Of a stretch of DNA of 64,000 bases, positions 19,801 through 29,911 are shown piece after piece; the first letter of the stretch is position 1, and each line of letters opens with the position of its first letter. This stretch comes from Myxococcota bacterium (GTDB taxonomy: Bacteria > Myxococcota_A > UBA9160 > UBA4427): contig OZ252299.1 in the NCBI GenBank assembly GCA_965250285.1, forward strand, positions 3,168,001-3,232,000, written 5' to 3'. Made by a program: the position numbers and the translations under genes. Under the pieces are notes generated by a model. That model worked only from the letters and a program-made list of their open reading frames with translations, was not told where the DNA came from and did not search any database.

Positions 19801-22497
19801 ATGCATCAAGAACTCCTGAGAACGAAGCTCAATCCCCCTGGTACCGGCAGCCTCCATTTCCGGCGCGAGCGCCTGGTTCGCATCCTGGAAGCGGGTGCGA
19901 GCGATCCTTTCGTGCTCGTCTCGGCGCCAGCCGGCTTCGGAAAGACGACGCTGGTCAGCGACTGGCTCTCGTCATGTGACCGGCCGCATGCCTGGCTGTC
20001 GATCGACGAGCGCGACGGCGACCTCCGGCAATTCCTCAGATACATCGTGGCGGCAGTTCGGACGGCCATTCCCGATGCCCTGCCAACGATGGCGCTGACG
20101 GTGCGAGATTCGCCGCTCCCTCCCGTCGACACGCTGTGCACGACCCTCAGCAACGAGCTCGAAGACCTCGACACACCCATCACTCTGGTGATCGACGACT
20201 TTCATCGCCTCGGGTCGTCGCCCGTGCATGAACTGATGGCCGAGATCGTCACCCGGCCACCCCGGCCGCTCCGGTTGATCCTGATCTCGCGCTTCGACCC
20301 CCCGCTTCCGCTGGCGACATTGCGGGCCCATGGATGGAACACGGAGGTCAGAGCAGAGGATCTTCGCTTCACCCGCAGCGAGTCTGCGCATCTGTTGCGC
20401 GAGCTCGCAGGGGGGGACGTGGGCGATAATGCCCTGGGCAACCTGGAGCATCAGAACGACGGCTGGGCGGCCGGGCTCCAGATGATTGCGGTCTCCCTGC
20501 GCGGCCGCGACGACGCGGATGCCTACCTGCGGAACCTCCAGATCGGGCAGAAGTTCGCCCGAGAGTTTCTGGCGCGCGAAGTGCTCGACGTACAGTCCGA
20601 AGATCTGAGAAACTGGCTGCTCAGAGCCTCCATCGCCGAGCGCTTCTGCGCACCTCTCTGCGAGGCCGTTCAGGATCCGAACGAAAACCAAGCCTCGGGG
20701 ATGAGTGGCGAGGACTTCCTCGCAACGCTCGAGGAACGCGGCTTGTTCGTCATCCCCATGGATGCGACCGGGCGATGGTATCGATTTCATCACCTCTTCC
20801 GCGACCTCTTGCGCTCAGAGCTCGCTGCGCGCTGGAACCCCGAGTCGATCACCGAGCTGCACGAGCGTGCGAGTCGCTGGTTCGCCGAGCAGGGCCTCGT
20901 CGAAGAGGCGCTGGATCACGCGCTGATGCTGGGTGACCCGGCGCTGGCGGTAGAGCTGGTCGCCGAAAACCGACACGCTGCAATGAATCAAGAGGACTGG
21001 CACCGCCTGGGTGCATGGCTCGACCGGCTGCCGGCTGGCAGCGCCACGTCGGATCCGAGGATCATGCTCGCCCGTGGCTGGCATCTCTGCCATATCCCGC
21101 GATTCGAGGAAGCCCTCTCGCTGATCGAGGATGTACGCGCGCTGCCCGCCGAAACACGGGCGTGTCACCGCGGCGTCGAGGGCGAGATCGAAGCGATGGA
21201 TGGCCTGCTCGGCTACATCGGCCAGGGCGTCTTTGGTCGGGACCGCGAGAGAGTCATCCGTCACTGCGAGAAGGCGCTGCTGCAACTCCCAGCAGACTTC
21301 GGGTGCATCCGAGGCTATGCGACCTATTTCCTTTCCTTGTCGCACGCTCTAAGCGGCCAGGGCGAGACGGCTCGCACCATTCTCTGGCGGGCAATGGAAG
21401 AGGACAGTGCGACCGGTGCCGCCTGTCAAGCTCGCGTCCGGAGCGCCCTCGCCCACGTCCTCTTCCGGGCGGGCGACTTGAGGGGGACGCTGGTCGCAGC
21501 ACAACAGCAACTCGACGTGGGGAGTACGCATGACCTCCCTGAAACAGTGCAGATGGCGCGGTCCACGTTGGGATGGTCTCACTATCTGAGGGGTGAGATC
21601 GACCAAGCCGAGGAGCACTTCAAGGCAGGCTCAGCCGCCATCGGAGCCTCGACGCCGGCTCCTCATGCCGAGAGCCACATCGGTCTCGCGCTCAGCAAAC
21701 GGGCTCGGGGAGACGGCGTCGACGCACGCGAGTCCATCGCGTCGCTCACCGCCTCGGCCATCGCGCGCGGCGCGAGCGCCTGGATCGAACACGGGCGCCT
21801 GTATCAGGCCGAGATCGCTCTTCTCGACGGACGGACAGCGGAGGCTCAGGCGCTGCTGAAAGGGATCGAGAAGCCACGCGCCTTCGGCTTCTACTACGAC
21901 GCGGAGCTGACGATCGCGAAGGCCCGCCTGGCAGATGGCGGGGAGGCTGCTCTGAGCGAAGCGGTCTCGATGCTCGAAGCGATGCGACTGCGCCTGGAGG
22001 ACAGACACGACATCATGCGCCTCGGCCCCGTGCTGGCCGTCGAGGCGCTGGTTCATCGGGCCCTGGGTGAAGAGACCGCCGCGATCTCGTTCCTCGAGGC
22101 CTCACTCGCCGCAACCGAGATCGGAGAGGCCATCCAGCCCTACCTCGACCTGGGTGCGCCCATGGCTGCGCTGATGCGAGAGCTCCCTAGCCCGGCGTGC
22201 GACTCGGAACATGCTCGCCGAATCCTCGCGGCCTCGAGCGGCGAATCAGATGGGCAGCCTGCAACTACGGAAAGACGACATCGACCTGAAGAGACCGGAC
22301 TGATCGAGCCGCTCACCAACCGGGAGCTCGATGTTCTGGAGCTCCTGGCCGAGCGATATCGCGACAAGGAGATCGCCGAGAAGCTCGTCATCTCGCCCGG
22401 TACGGTCCGATCGCACCTGAAGCGCGTCTACGGCAAGCTCGGCGTGAGCGGGCGACGAGAGGCGGTGGCTCGGGCCCAAGGCCTCGGTCTCATCTAG
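19801..22497 (+). CDS. MalT-like (STAND ATPase-TPR-LuxR HTH) regulator, copy 1
   Basis: APAGFGKTT, LVIDDFH, GWAAGL, YRFHHLF, EPLTNRELDVL. Confidence 0.93.
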   Translation: MHQELLRTKLNPPGTGSLHFRRERLVRILEAGASDPFVLVSAPAGFGKTTLVSDWLSSCDRPHAWLSIDERDGDLRQFLRYIVAAVRTAIPDALPTMALTVRDSPLPPVDTLCTTLSNELEDLDTPITLVIDDFHRLGSSPVHELMAEIVTRPPRPLRLILISRFDPPLPLATLRAHGWNTEVRAEDLRFTRSESAHLLRELAGGDVGDNALGNLEHQNDGWAAGLQMIAVSLRGRDDADAYLRNLQIGQKFAREFLAREVLDVQSEDLRNWLLRASIAERFCAPLCEAVQDPNENQASGMSGEDFLATLEERGLFVIPMDATGRWYRFHHLFRDLLRSELAARWNPESITELHERASRWFAEQGLVEEALDHALMLGDPALAVELVAENRHAAMNQEDWHRLGAWLDRLPAGSATSDPRIMLARGWHLCHIPRFEEALSLIEDVRALPAETRACHRGVEGEIEAMDGLLGYIGQGVFGRDRERVIRHCEKALLQLPADFGCIRGYATYFLSLSHALSGQGETARTILWRAMEEDSATGAACQARVRSALAHVLFRAGDLRGTLVAAQQQLDVGSTHDLPETVQMARSTLGWSHYLRGEIDQAEEHFKAGSAAIGASTPAPHAESHIGLALSKRARGDGVDARESIASLTASAIARGASAWIEHGRLYQAEIALLDGRTAEAQALLKGIEKPRAFGFYYDAELTIAKARLADGGEAALSEAVSMLEAMRLRLEDRHDIMRLGPVLAVEALVHRALGEETAAISFLEASLAATEIGEAIQPYLDLGAPMAALMRELPSPACDSEHARRILAASSGESDGQPATTERRHRPEETGLIEPLTNRELDVLELLAERYRDKEIAEKLVISPGTVRSHLKRVYGKLGVSGRREAVARAQGLGLI

Positions 22498-22513
22498 CCG
22501 AGCAGAGCGCCAC

Positions 22514-23504
22514 TCAGCTCCCTCCGAGCAGCGGGTTCCCGATGAGCGAAGGGATGACCGGGATGATGTCAAACTTCATCATCGCCACCTTGCCGAACGA
22601 GTCCGGGCTGACCACGGAATACTCGAGCCCAACGTTGATCCGCACTGGGAACTCACCGAAGTTGACCGTCTTTGCGACGCTGATCCCGACCGGCACGGTC
22701 CACTGCTCTCCCTTCGGCTCATTCGCGTTGAACGTGATCGTCGGATCGAACCCGATCTGCCATCCATCCTTCAGGTTGATGTTGAAGTAGTAGAGCATGC
22801 TGAGCTGGCTCAGTTCGGACTTCTGAGTCGGATCGAAGTCGTTTCGATCCGCGACGCGAAAGTAGTACTGCGGCCAGATGAACGCCGTGAAGTGCTTCGG
22901 CGTTGTACCCGAACGTCACGGTTGGTCCGACGCCGACCTGCTGCGACCCGAGCGCGTCATTCGTCGAAGACGGGAAGGAGAAGGTCGGGCCCACTCCGAT
23001 GATCCACCGTCCCGCCGGCGGCGAGACGACGAGTGGCAGCACGATGTCGCCCAGGCCGGCTGCCGACGTGAACTCATCCTGCGCGCCTGTCGGCACGGGT
23101 GTGCTGAGCGTGATCGGAATGACCGGGCGCGTGATCAGCCGCCACTCCTTCTCGCCCTTGCCATGGAGCGGGATCGGCAGTACAGGCTCGAAGAGCAGGT
23201 TGCCGCCGTACTCTGGCCCATCCTCGGCCACGTTCCCGTTGTTGAACGTGAGCTCGAACTCCGTGAACAGCGCCCAGATGTCTGAAGTCGGGTCTGCGAG
23301 CTTGCGGGCAATGTCTCCGAGGCCGCCGTGCTCGGGGTGCTTGTACTCCTTCTTCTCCGGCTTCGCGCCTTCTTGCGCTGCGGCCGCCTCGTCTGTCGCT
23401 CCGTCGGTCTCGGCAGCTCGTGCGACGGTGGCCAGCGCGGGTAAGAACAATAGGACCATCATGAAGAATGTGATCTTGATCCGCGGCTGAGCAGCGAAGG
23501 TCAT
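22514..23504 (-). pseudogene. Outer-membrane beta-barrel/transporter-like protein with one extra base near 22898
   Basis: Signal peptide, EPVLPIPL, GLGDI, GVGPT; removing one base in GCC-G-AAG joins to KHFTAFIWPQYYF...WTVPVG; may be an assembly error. Confidence 0.7.
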
Positions 23505-23598
23505 GAGGTGATCTCCGTCAGTTGGCCCTGCCGCGTCGGGCAGTGCGGACCATTTTCGACTCACGATGTCGGAGGTCGAGGCGTCTTCAGGACGGCGA

Positions 23599-23997
23599 TC
23601 AGCCGCTGCCCTCGACGAACGCCTTGAGCCGCGTCAGAGCCGCGCCCCAATGGGTGTTGCAGTACCCCATGCTGGGGTCGCCATCCTTCCACGCGCCGTC
23701 GCTGAAGTTGACGAGCGTGCCGCCATCTACGTCGGACAGCTCGAACGTGATCTTCTTGCCGACGTCGCCAGGCCCCTCGACTCCTTCCTGGACGAGTCGC
23801 GTGTCCTCGACCATCTCGAGGGTTTTCCAGGCAAAGCTGAGATGGGGCTTGGCCTTCATCGACACGGTGGCGCCGACGGCAATTTCGCCCTCGACCCCGG
23901 CGTAGTGCCACTTCTCGAAGTCGGTCACGTTCGTGAGAGCTTCGTAGACCTTGTCTCTCGGCGCGGCGATCTTGATCGTGTGGTGAAGCGTCGTCAT
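23599..23997 (-). CDS. SRPBCC/START domain protein
   Basis: IKIAAPRDKVYEALT, CNTHWGAALTRLKAFVE. Confidence 0.88.
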   Translation of the reverse strand: MTTLHHTIKIAAPRDKVYEALTNVTDFEKWHYAGVEGEIAVGATVSMKAKPHLSFAWKTLEMVEDTRLVQEGVEGPGDVGKKITFELSDVDGGTLVNFSDGAWKDGDPSMGYCNTHWGAALTRLKAFVEGSG

Positions 23998-24008
23998 CGT
24001 GGATCTCC

Positions 24009-24251
24009 TCACTTCTTTCGCAGCGGGGGAATCGCCGGCATCATCGGAAAGTTGTCCAGGTCGTTCGGATCCAATTTGAACGTCGGGTCGTACTTGTCCC
24101 GGTCCGTCATGTAATCGGGCTCTGTGCTGCGGAAGGTGTAGTTGCAGGTCTTGCACATGTAGACGTCCCACACGCCCTTGACAGGCGACGAGAACACGAC
24201 ATCGAGCGTCTTGGAGCCGCAGCGGGGACAGATCGTGAAGGCATTGGCCAT
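24009..24251 (-). CDS. Hydroxyarylic acid decarboxylase subunit D (BsdD/VdcD family)
   Basis: ICPRC...SPVKGVWDVYMCKTCNYTFRSTEP, directly downstream of a C subunit. Confidence 0.9.
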   Translation of the reverse strand: MANAFTICPRCGSKTLDVVFSSPVKGVWDVYMCKTCNYTFRSTEPDYMTDRDKYDPTFKLDPNDLDNFPMMPAIPPLRKK

Positions 24252-24263
24252 GGGTCGAGTCTC

Positions 24264-25712
24264 CTACTTGCTTGCGTTCGCGAGGTTCTGAATCAAGGCT
24301 TGCACCTTCGGCAGCCACTCCTCGGCTTCGGGCGGATTGTTGATCTGCATCGCGTAATCGCCGTGATCGTCCGGCGGGGCAGGTGTCGCCGCGTCCAGGA
24401 TGATCTTGTCTGTGATGCCGACCGGATCGGACCCCGGGTCGAGTGCGAGGACCGAGTGGTTCGGCACGACCATGCAGTCGAACCTGGGGTTGAACTTCGT
24501 CGACAGTGCCCACATGACCTGCGGCAGGTTGAAGGGGTCGACATCGGCATCGACGATGATGACCACCTTCGCGTAGCCGGTGCCGTGCGGTGTCTGCAGC
24601 ACCGACATCCCGACTGTCTTGGCGAAGCCGCCAACTCTCATCTCGGTCGACACGATCACCACCAGGCCGTGGGTATAGAGCGCGTTCACGTCGACGACTT
24701 CGGGGAACGAGTCCTTGAGCTGCACGTAGAGCGCGGCACCCGTGTTGATGAACATGTAGTCGATCTCGGTCCAGGGCATTCCGATCGCGCAGTACTCGTA
24801 GATCGGATTGTTCCGGTGATAGACCTTCTTCACGTTGACCGAGCACATGAGTCGACAGCCCGAAAGATGACCCGTGAACTCGCCGTAGGGGCCGTCGGGC
24901 ATTCGGACGCGGGGCAGCACCTCGGCCTCGATCACGATCTCGCTGCCCCAAGGCACCTGCAGGCCGTTTTCCATCGTCACCACCGGGTACGGTGCGCCAT
25001 CGGCCATGGCGCTGCACATCGTGTACTCGTCCTGGTCGTACAGCAGCGGCATGCTGGCGATCAGCGGGACGATCGGCTCGTTCCCCATGGTGATATAGAT
25101 CGGTAGAGGCTCGTTTCGCTCTTCGGCGGCCTTGAAGTGCAGCGCGATGTCGTGATCCGGCACCATCTGCATGCTCAGATGGTTCGTCCCCTGGACCTGG
25201 ATCCTATACATCCCGACGTTCTGATCGTCGAAGCTGTCCATGCGGTCGGGGTGGCGAGAGACGACCGAGGACTTGTTGAGGAAGAAGCCGCCGTCCCCCG
25301 GGTTCAGACGGAAGAGCGGCAACAGCTCGAACAGATTGACGTCGTCGCCTTCGATCACGTTCTCTTGCCAGGGCGCGCTGTCCATCTCTTCGATGCTGCC
25401 TTTCTCGAAGTTCTGGTAGCGGCGGTTGAACTCGCGCGCGATGTCCTTGAGCGGAGTGTCCTTCGGCATGCCGAAGGCGAGCGCGATGTTCGGCCACGAC
25501 CCGTGCACGTTCGACACGAGCTTGGCGTCGCTCGTGTACCCCTTGATGTTGTCGAAGGCGATCGCGGGTGCCGTGTCACCGACCCCCTTGTTGTTTGCGC
25601 TCAGGATCGCGGAGATGTCGGGTTCGGGCAGAACCGGATCTGTCATGTGAATCATCTGCCCTTCCTTTTCCAGTAGCTCGAGGAATCCTCTGAAGTCCTT
25701 GTGCGCCATCAT
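24264..25712 (-). CDS. UbiD-family hydroxyarylic acid decarboxylase subunit C (BsdC/VdcC-like)
   Basis: NVHGSW, NVGMYR, DGPYGEFTGH, GMPWTEIDY, NALYTHG, DVDPFNLPQVMWA. Confidence 0.92.
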   Translation of the reverse strand: MMAHKDFRGFLELLEKEGQMIHMTDPVLPEPDISAILSANNKGVGDTAPAIAFDNIKGYTSDAKLVSNVHGSWPNIALAFGMPKDTPLKDIAREFNRRYQNFEKGSIEEMDSAPWQENVIEGDDVNLFELLPLFRLNPGDGGFFLNKSSVVSRHPDRMDSFDDQNVGMYRIQVQGTNHLSMQMVPDHDIALHFKAAEERNEPLPIYITMGNEPIVPLIASMPLLYDQDEYTMCSAMADGAPYPVVTMENGLQVPWGSEIVIEAEVLPRVRMPDGPYGEFTGHLSGCRLMCSVNVKKVYHRNNPIYEYCAIGMPWTEIDYMFINTGAALYVQLKDSFPEVVDVNALYTHGLVVIVSTEMRVGGFAKTVGMSVLQTPHGTGYAKVVIIVDADVDPFNLPQVMWALSTKFNPRFDCMVVPNHSVLALDPGSDPVGITDKIILDAATPAPPDDHGDYAMQINNPPEAEEWLPKVQALIQNLANASK

Positions 25713-25803
25713 CTCTACTCCCACGCAGTCACTTTGGATCGCTCTCGCTGCCGAAGCCGACGTTCGGCTTTTTCGAGTCGAGAGCCTTGTTCGTCGAGAA
25801 CGC

Positions 25804-25878
25804 CTATTGGTCGTCGAATCCCCACCGAGACCAGTTGTCGAGCACCTTTTGCTTGATCGGCTCGGGGATGTGGCTCGA
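25804..25878 (-). pseudogene. Remnant C-terminus of an additional Fdc1-like UbiD
   Basis: PEPIKQKVLDNWSRWGF versus PDPVRQKVLENWSRWGF at the end of 26789-28315 (13/17 identical). Confidence 0.8.
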
Positions 25879-25936
25879 GCGCGAGCCGCGCACGGTTCGG
25901 GATGGAGTTCGCTTCGAGGAGATCCTCTCGGCTCGA

Positions 25937-26347
25937 TCACCCCCCACCCTGCGCCTTCCATGCCGCCTCTTCGGGGCTGCCGGGGACGGGAAGGATCTTG
26001 CCCCCCTCGATGCAATGGCTTGCATCGACTTCGCCCATCACGATTTCGATCTCGCCGGAAGCACACCCGAGGGCGTCGGCGAACGCCTTGCGGATCCCGG
26101 TCTCGATCTTGGCCTTGTCCTCGTCGGTCCTTCCCGCGCGGATCGTGGCGTTCAGGTAGGCCAGCTTTCCTTCCGGCAAATCGGGGAACCCGACCTCGGG
26201 GTCGGCCTCCTCGGAGAAGAAGGCATTCACGAACTGGCGAGGGGCTCCCGTCACATCCACATGGGTCGTGAAGATCCCCTCGGCCATTCTCGAGCGCTGA
26301 TCCTCGGTGGTCGCGCCCGGTTTGACCGTCGTCAGATAGATCGGCAT
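25937..26347 (-). CDS. Tautomerase superfamily, cis-CaaD-like
   Basis: Pro1, His28, IRAGRT arginine pair, CIEGGKILPVPG. Confidence 0.85.
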   Translation of the reverse strand: MPIYLTTVKPGATTEDQRSRMAEGIFTTHVDVTGAPRQFVNAFFSEEADPEVGFPDLPEGKLAYLNATIRAGRTDEDKAKIETGIRKAFADALGCASGEIEIVMGEVDASHCIEGGKILPVPGSPEEAAWKAQGGG

Positions 26348-26392
26348 GAGTCTCCCCTCTCGGTCCGGATCGGGTCCGGACATGTCGGCGCT

Positions 26393-26704
26393 CTAGGTCG
26401 TCACTGTGACTTCGTTCGAGTCGACCCCGGTCTTCTCGACCCACAGGTCACTGAGCGACTTCAGGAGCTTCACACGGTCGTCGTAGGCGATGTCGTTCGG
26501 GACGTCGCAGCGAATCACGGTCGTCGTGCTGGGGTTGCCGCCGGTCCAGGCGAAGCCCTGGTCGACGGACCGCCAGAAGACGGGCGTCGAGGCTGCGTCC
26601 TGACCGAACTGGTCCACCGCGATCCTCTGGATGCCTTCCACCAGCTCGTGTTTTCGCGCGTCGGCCGCCTGGCCCCCTTGGACCAGCACTCGATACTTGG
26701 TCAT
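26393..26704 (-). CDS. Tautomerase-fold protein lacking Pro1
   Basis: Two beta-alpha-beta-like units (RKHELVEGI; RVKLLKSLSDLWVEKTGV..EVTV); begins MTKY; AAGGAG RBS. Confidence 0.6.
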   Translation of the reverse strand: MTKYRVLVQGGQAADARKHELVEGIQRIAVDQFGQDAASTPVFWRSVDQGFAWTGGNPSTTTVIRCDVPNDIAYDDRVKLLKSLSDLWVEKTGVDSNEVTVTT

Positions 26705-26733
26705 CTGTGTTCTCCTTGGAGTCGGTCCGCCTT

Positions 26734-26767
26734 CGTGCCGAGCCACTCGTTCGAGTGACTCGGCACG
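26734..26767 (-). other. Intra-operon stem-loop after ubiD
   Basis: CGTGCCGAGTCACTCG-AA-CGAGTGGCTCGGCACG, one G-U pair, no U tract. Confidence 0.6.
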
Positions 26768-26788
26768 CGCTACAGCGGTCGTCGAGCT

Positions 26789-28315
26789 CTACTTGGCGAA
26801 TCCCCATCGTGACCAGTTCTCGAGCACCTTCTGCCGGACGGGGTCCGGGTAGTTCGTCTCGAAGGTCAGGATGTTCTCCAGCTGCTGCCCGGTCTTGCCT
26901 TCGATGGGCAGGCAGCTGTACGCCGTCAGGCCACTGCCGTGGATGAAGTCGCTCTGGCTGTGATAGGCCTCGAGCCCCGTCCCGACGACGTTCTCGATCT
27001 CGGGGAAGTAGAACGTGCTCCGCGTCGGGTGATTCCGGGTCGCGAAGGCCCAGCACACCTCGAGGGCGCTATCGGGATCGACGTCCTCGTTCACCACGAT
27101 GATCTTCGTGGTGATGTTGCCCACGTGCTGCGACCAGAGCGTCGTGCCGATCTTCCGGACGAACTCCTCCATGCCCAACCCGGTCTTCTGATGCCAGTCG
27201 TTGTCGACGCGAATGACCAGCCACGCCAGGGCAGACTCCATCGTCAGCATGCTGTCGATCACGGGGAGCCCCTCCTTCTGCAAGGCGACGGTGACGTCGC
27301 CCGACATGAAGAAGCCCATGCCGACGGTGCACGAGTCGATCGGCTTTCCCGGCACCGAGACGGGGAAGAGCGGGTTGTTGCGGTACGTGACGTGGGTGAC
27401 GGTCACCCGTGCGCGGTTCGCCGTATCGAAGGGCAGGTAGCCCTGATACTCGCCGAACGGCCCTTCCACCTCCATCGCATCCTTCGAGACGAAGCCTTCG
27501 AGGACGATCTCGGAATCGGCCGGCACCAACAGGTCGTTCGTGTCGCACTTGACCATGCGGATGCCTTCGCCGAGCAGCCGGCTGGCATAGTCGTACTCGT
27601 TCGTGAAGTCGGGCGCCTTCGCCGACGACTGCGTGAGAACGACCGGCGGCACACCGAACGCCATCGCCCACGGCGTGTCCTGCCCTTCCTCGGTCCACTG
27701 ATCGTGCACCATGCCGTTGTGCTGCGAAGAGAGCCAGAGACCCGTCATCGTGGTCTCGTTCACGATCATCGCGCGATTGATCGACCAGCTCGTCCAGCTC
27801 TCGTCTGGAGTCCGAACGATGTTGACGCCCGCGGTTCCGATGTAGCGAGCAGCGTCGCCGTCATGACAGAGCGGCGCGGGGATCTTGTAGATGTCGATCT
27901 CGTCGCCGGTCCACGTGTTCTCCTTGCACGGCGCATCCGACGCATCGACGATGACCGGCTCGTGCACCTCCGTGCCCTCTCGAGCCTCGAGGTACGCCTT
28001 CTGGATGTCCATCAGGCCGGTTTCGGGCGGAAGGCCGAGCATGGCCGCGAGGCGGCACCACTCCCGCCCTGGCGTGCTCGACTTCGTGTACCCGATGTCG
28101 CAGGCGCGGAAGCCTTCGCCCTCTGGCGTGCCCTTGATGTTGTTGAAGATCGGCGTCGGAGCCAGCGTCTCGTAGGAGTGACGGCAGACTGCACCCATCT
28201 CGAGATGCGTGTCGATCTCGTCATCGATCTCGACCGCCTCCCCCATCTTCTTGAGGTTCTCGATGTATTCGCGATAGGTGCGCGGGATCTTTGCTCGGTC
28301 GATCGAAACTGACAT
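26789..28315 (-). CDS. UbiD-family decarboxylase, Fdc1 (ferulic/cinnamic acid)-like
   Basis: WTSWSINR, EGPFGEYQGY, WAFATRNHP, C-terminal KVLENWSRWG. Confidence 0.9.
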   Translation of the reverse strand: MSVSIDRAKIPRTYREYIENLKKMGEAVEIDDEIDTHLEMGAVCRHSYETLAPTPIFNNIKGTPEGEGFRACDIGYTKSSTPGREWCRLAAMLGLPPETGLMDIQKAYLEAREGTEVHEPVIVDASDAPCKENTWTGDEIDIYKIPAPLCHDGDAARYIGTAGVNIVRTPDESWTSWSINRAMIVNETTMTGLWLSSQHNGMVHDQWTEEGQDTPWAMAFGVPPVVLTQSSAKAPDFTNEYDYASRLLGEGIRMVKCDTNDLLVPADSEIVLEGFVSKDAMEVEGPFGEYQGYLPFDTANRARVTVTHVTYRNNPLFPVSVPGKPIDSCTVGMGFFMSGDVTVALQKEGLPVIDSMLTMESALAWLVIRVDNDWHQKTGLGMEEFVRKIGTTLWSQHVGNITTKIIVVNEDVDPDSALEVCWAFATRNHPTRSTFYFPEIENVVGTGLEAYHSQSDFIHGSGLTAYSCLPIEGKTGQQLENILTFETNYPDPVRQKVLENWSRWGFAK

Positions 28316-28445
28316 TCTGGAAGGTCTCCATGGTTCGAGTTGCGGTGAAGGGGCAGCGGTACCGCCGGGCCGTCCGGTCGGTCACGCCAGGTAGTCGTTC
28401 TCCACGACGGCCGGGCGTATGCCGTGTCGAGGAGCTCACGCGTCT

Positions 28446-29111
28446 TTACGCTTCTTCCCGCGATGCGAGGGACCGAGTGGACTCCTCGAAGTCGTTCGTT
28501 TCGGCCTGCCAGTCGCGGCCGTTCTCTCCTCGCTGCTCGCGATGCAACCGACCGCCTTGCCAGCGGTTGACGACACCCGGGTCGATGTCGAACAGATCGA
28601 GCACACGACCCACGCTGTGCAGCACCTGGTCGTCGATCGTCTTCGGCTCGTTGTAGAAGGCCGGCATCGGCGGCGAAATGATCGCGCCCATCTGCGCCGC
28701 TTCGTACAGCAGCTTGCAGTGGCCAACGTGGAGCGGGGTCTCGCGCACCATCAGCACGAGCTTTCGCCGCTCCTTGAGCACGACGTCGGCTGCGCGCACG
28801 AGCAGGCTGTCAGCGAAGGAGTTCACGATGCCCGAGAGCGTCTTGATGGAACACGGCGCCACGATCATTCCGTCCGTGTGGAACGAGCCGCTCGAGATCG
28901 CGGCGGCCTGATCCCGAAAGTTGTGGACGACGTCGGCCTGGGCCTCGACTGCCTTCGCCGAGTAGGGTGTCTCGATCTCGATGTTCTGCTTCGCGTGCGG
29001 ACTCATGACGAGGTGGGTTTCGACGGAGGGGTCCGTCGCGAGTACCTCGAGCATGCGCGCGCCATAGACGACGCCCGATGAGCCTGACATACCGATGATG
29101 ATTCTCTTCAC
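28446..29111 (-). CDS. ubiX: Flavin prenyltransferase
   Basis: GMSGSSG, ISSGS, APCSIKT, RAADVVLKERRKL, RETP, PPMPAFY. Confidence 0.95.
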   Translation of the reverse strand: MKRIIIGMSGSSGVVYGARMLEVLATDPSVETHLVMSPHAKQNIEIETPYSAKAVEAQADVVHNFRDQAAAISSGSFHTDGMIVAPCSIKTLSGIVNSFADSLLVRAADVVLKERRKLVLMVRETPLHVGHCKLLYEAAQMGAIISPPMPAFYNEPKTIDDQVLHSVGRVLDLFDIDPGVVNRWQGGRLHREQRGENGRDWQAETNDFEESTRSLASREEA

Positions 29112-29911
29112 ACGTCGCTCCTCTCTCTGTGGCCCGCCGGCGCCTGCGCGCTGCTCAAGGCGACGCTGATCAAATCGCCGTCGACGATGCCGAGTTCATC
29201 CCGCACGCCGGCCTCAGCGATGACTTCGATCTGGTCGGCGGGGTAGTCTTCTACGTCGGGCAACACGATGGCCGCGCGCCCGATCGAGTGGATCTCGACG
29301 GGGAAGCATCGGGCGCCGCAGCTCTCGGCCTCGTCGCTCGGCGGGTCGATGGGGATGCCTGGCGTTGCTCGCAGGCCGCTCCAGATCGCGCGTGATTGCG
29401 CATCCACCAAACGTGCGTTCAGGGTGCCCGGGTGTGGATCGATCCCGAGCTTGCCGACGAGCTCGGCGCGAACCCAGTCGAGTTGCGTGAAGCCACTGGC
29501 GACGCCCGCGCCGGTCACGACGCGGCCACAGATCGTTCGATGTGCGGCCTCGGACTGGTCTGCCCACTCGAGAAACGTGACCGGGATGCCGTCTGGGTCA
29601 CGAAGCTGGAAGACGCGAGCGCCCCACGACGTCATCTCGGGCGGTGGCGTATCGAGCCCCAGGCGAAGGTGCGCCCCCACGGCGTCTTCGACTTCGATCA
29701 CGAGATGAAAGCGTTCGCCCGGCGAGTGGATCGCGAGAGGAGAACGCTCGCGGCCATTGTCGAGCACCTCGAGGGTCATCCCGCCGAGGTCGAAACGTTG
29801 GCCTCGGCCATTCGCGCGATCCCACTCCGCGATGAGCGGAAGACGAAGCGTGTCGCCGTAGAACTCGACGACTGCGTCGAAGTCGTCTGTCGCAAGGGCG
29901 ACGTAGCTCAT
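29108..29911 (-). CDS. VOC/glyoxalase domain fused to CTP-dependent (archaeal-type) riboflavin kinase domain
   Basis: N-term WGARVFQLRDPDGIPV; C-term GRVVTGAG, HPGTLN, IEVIA..VRDELGIVDGD. Confidence 0.8.
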   Translation of the reverse strand: MSYVALATDDFDAVVEFYGDTLRLPLIAEWDRANGRGQRFDLGGMTLEVLDNGRERSPLAIHSPGERFHLVIEVEDAVGAHLRLGLDTPPPEMTSWGARVFQLRDPDGIPVTFLEWADQSEAAHRTICGRVVTGAGVASGFTQLDWVRAELVGKLGIDPHPGTLNARLVDAQSRAIWSGLRATPGIPIDPPSDEAESCGARCFPVEIHSIGRAAIVLPDVEDYPADQIEVIAEAGVRDELGIVDGDLISVALSSAQAPAGHRERSDV

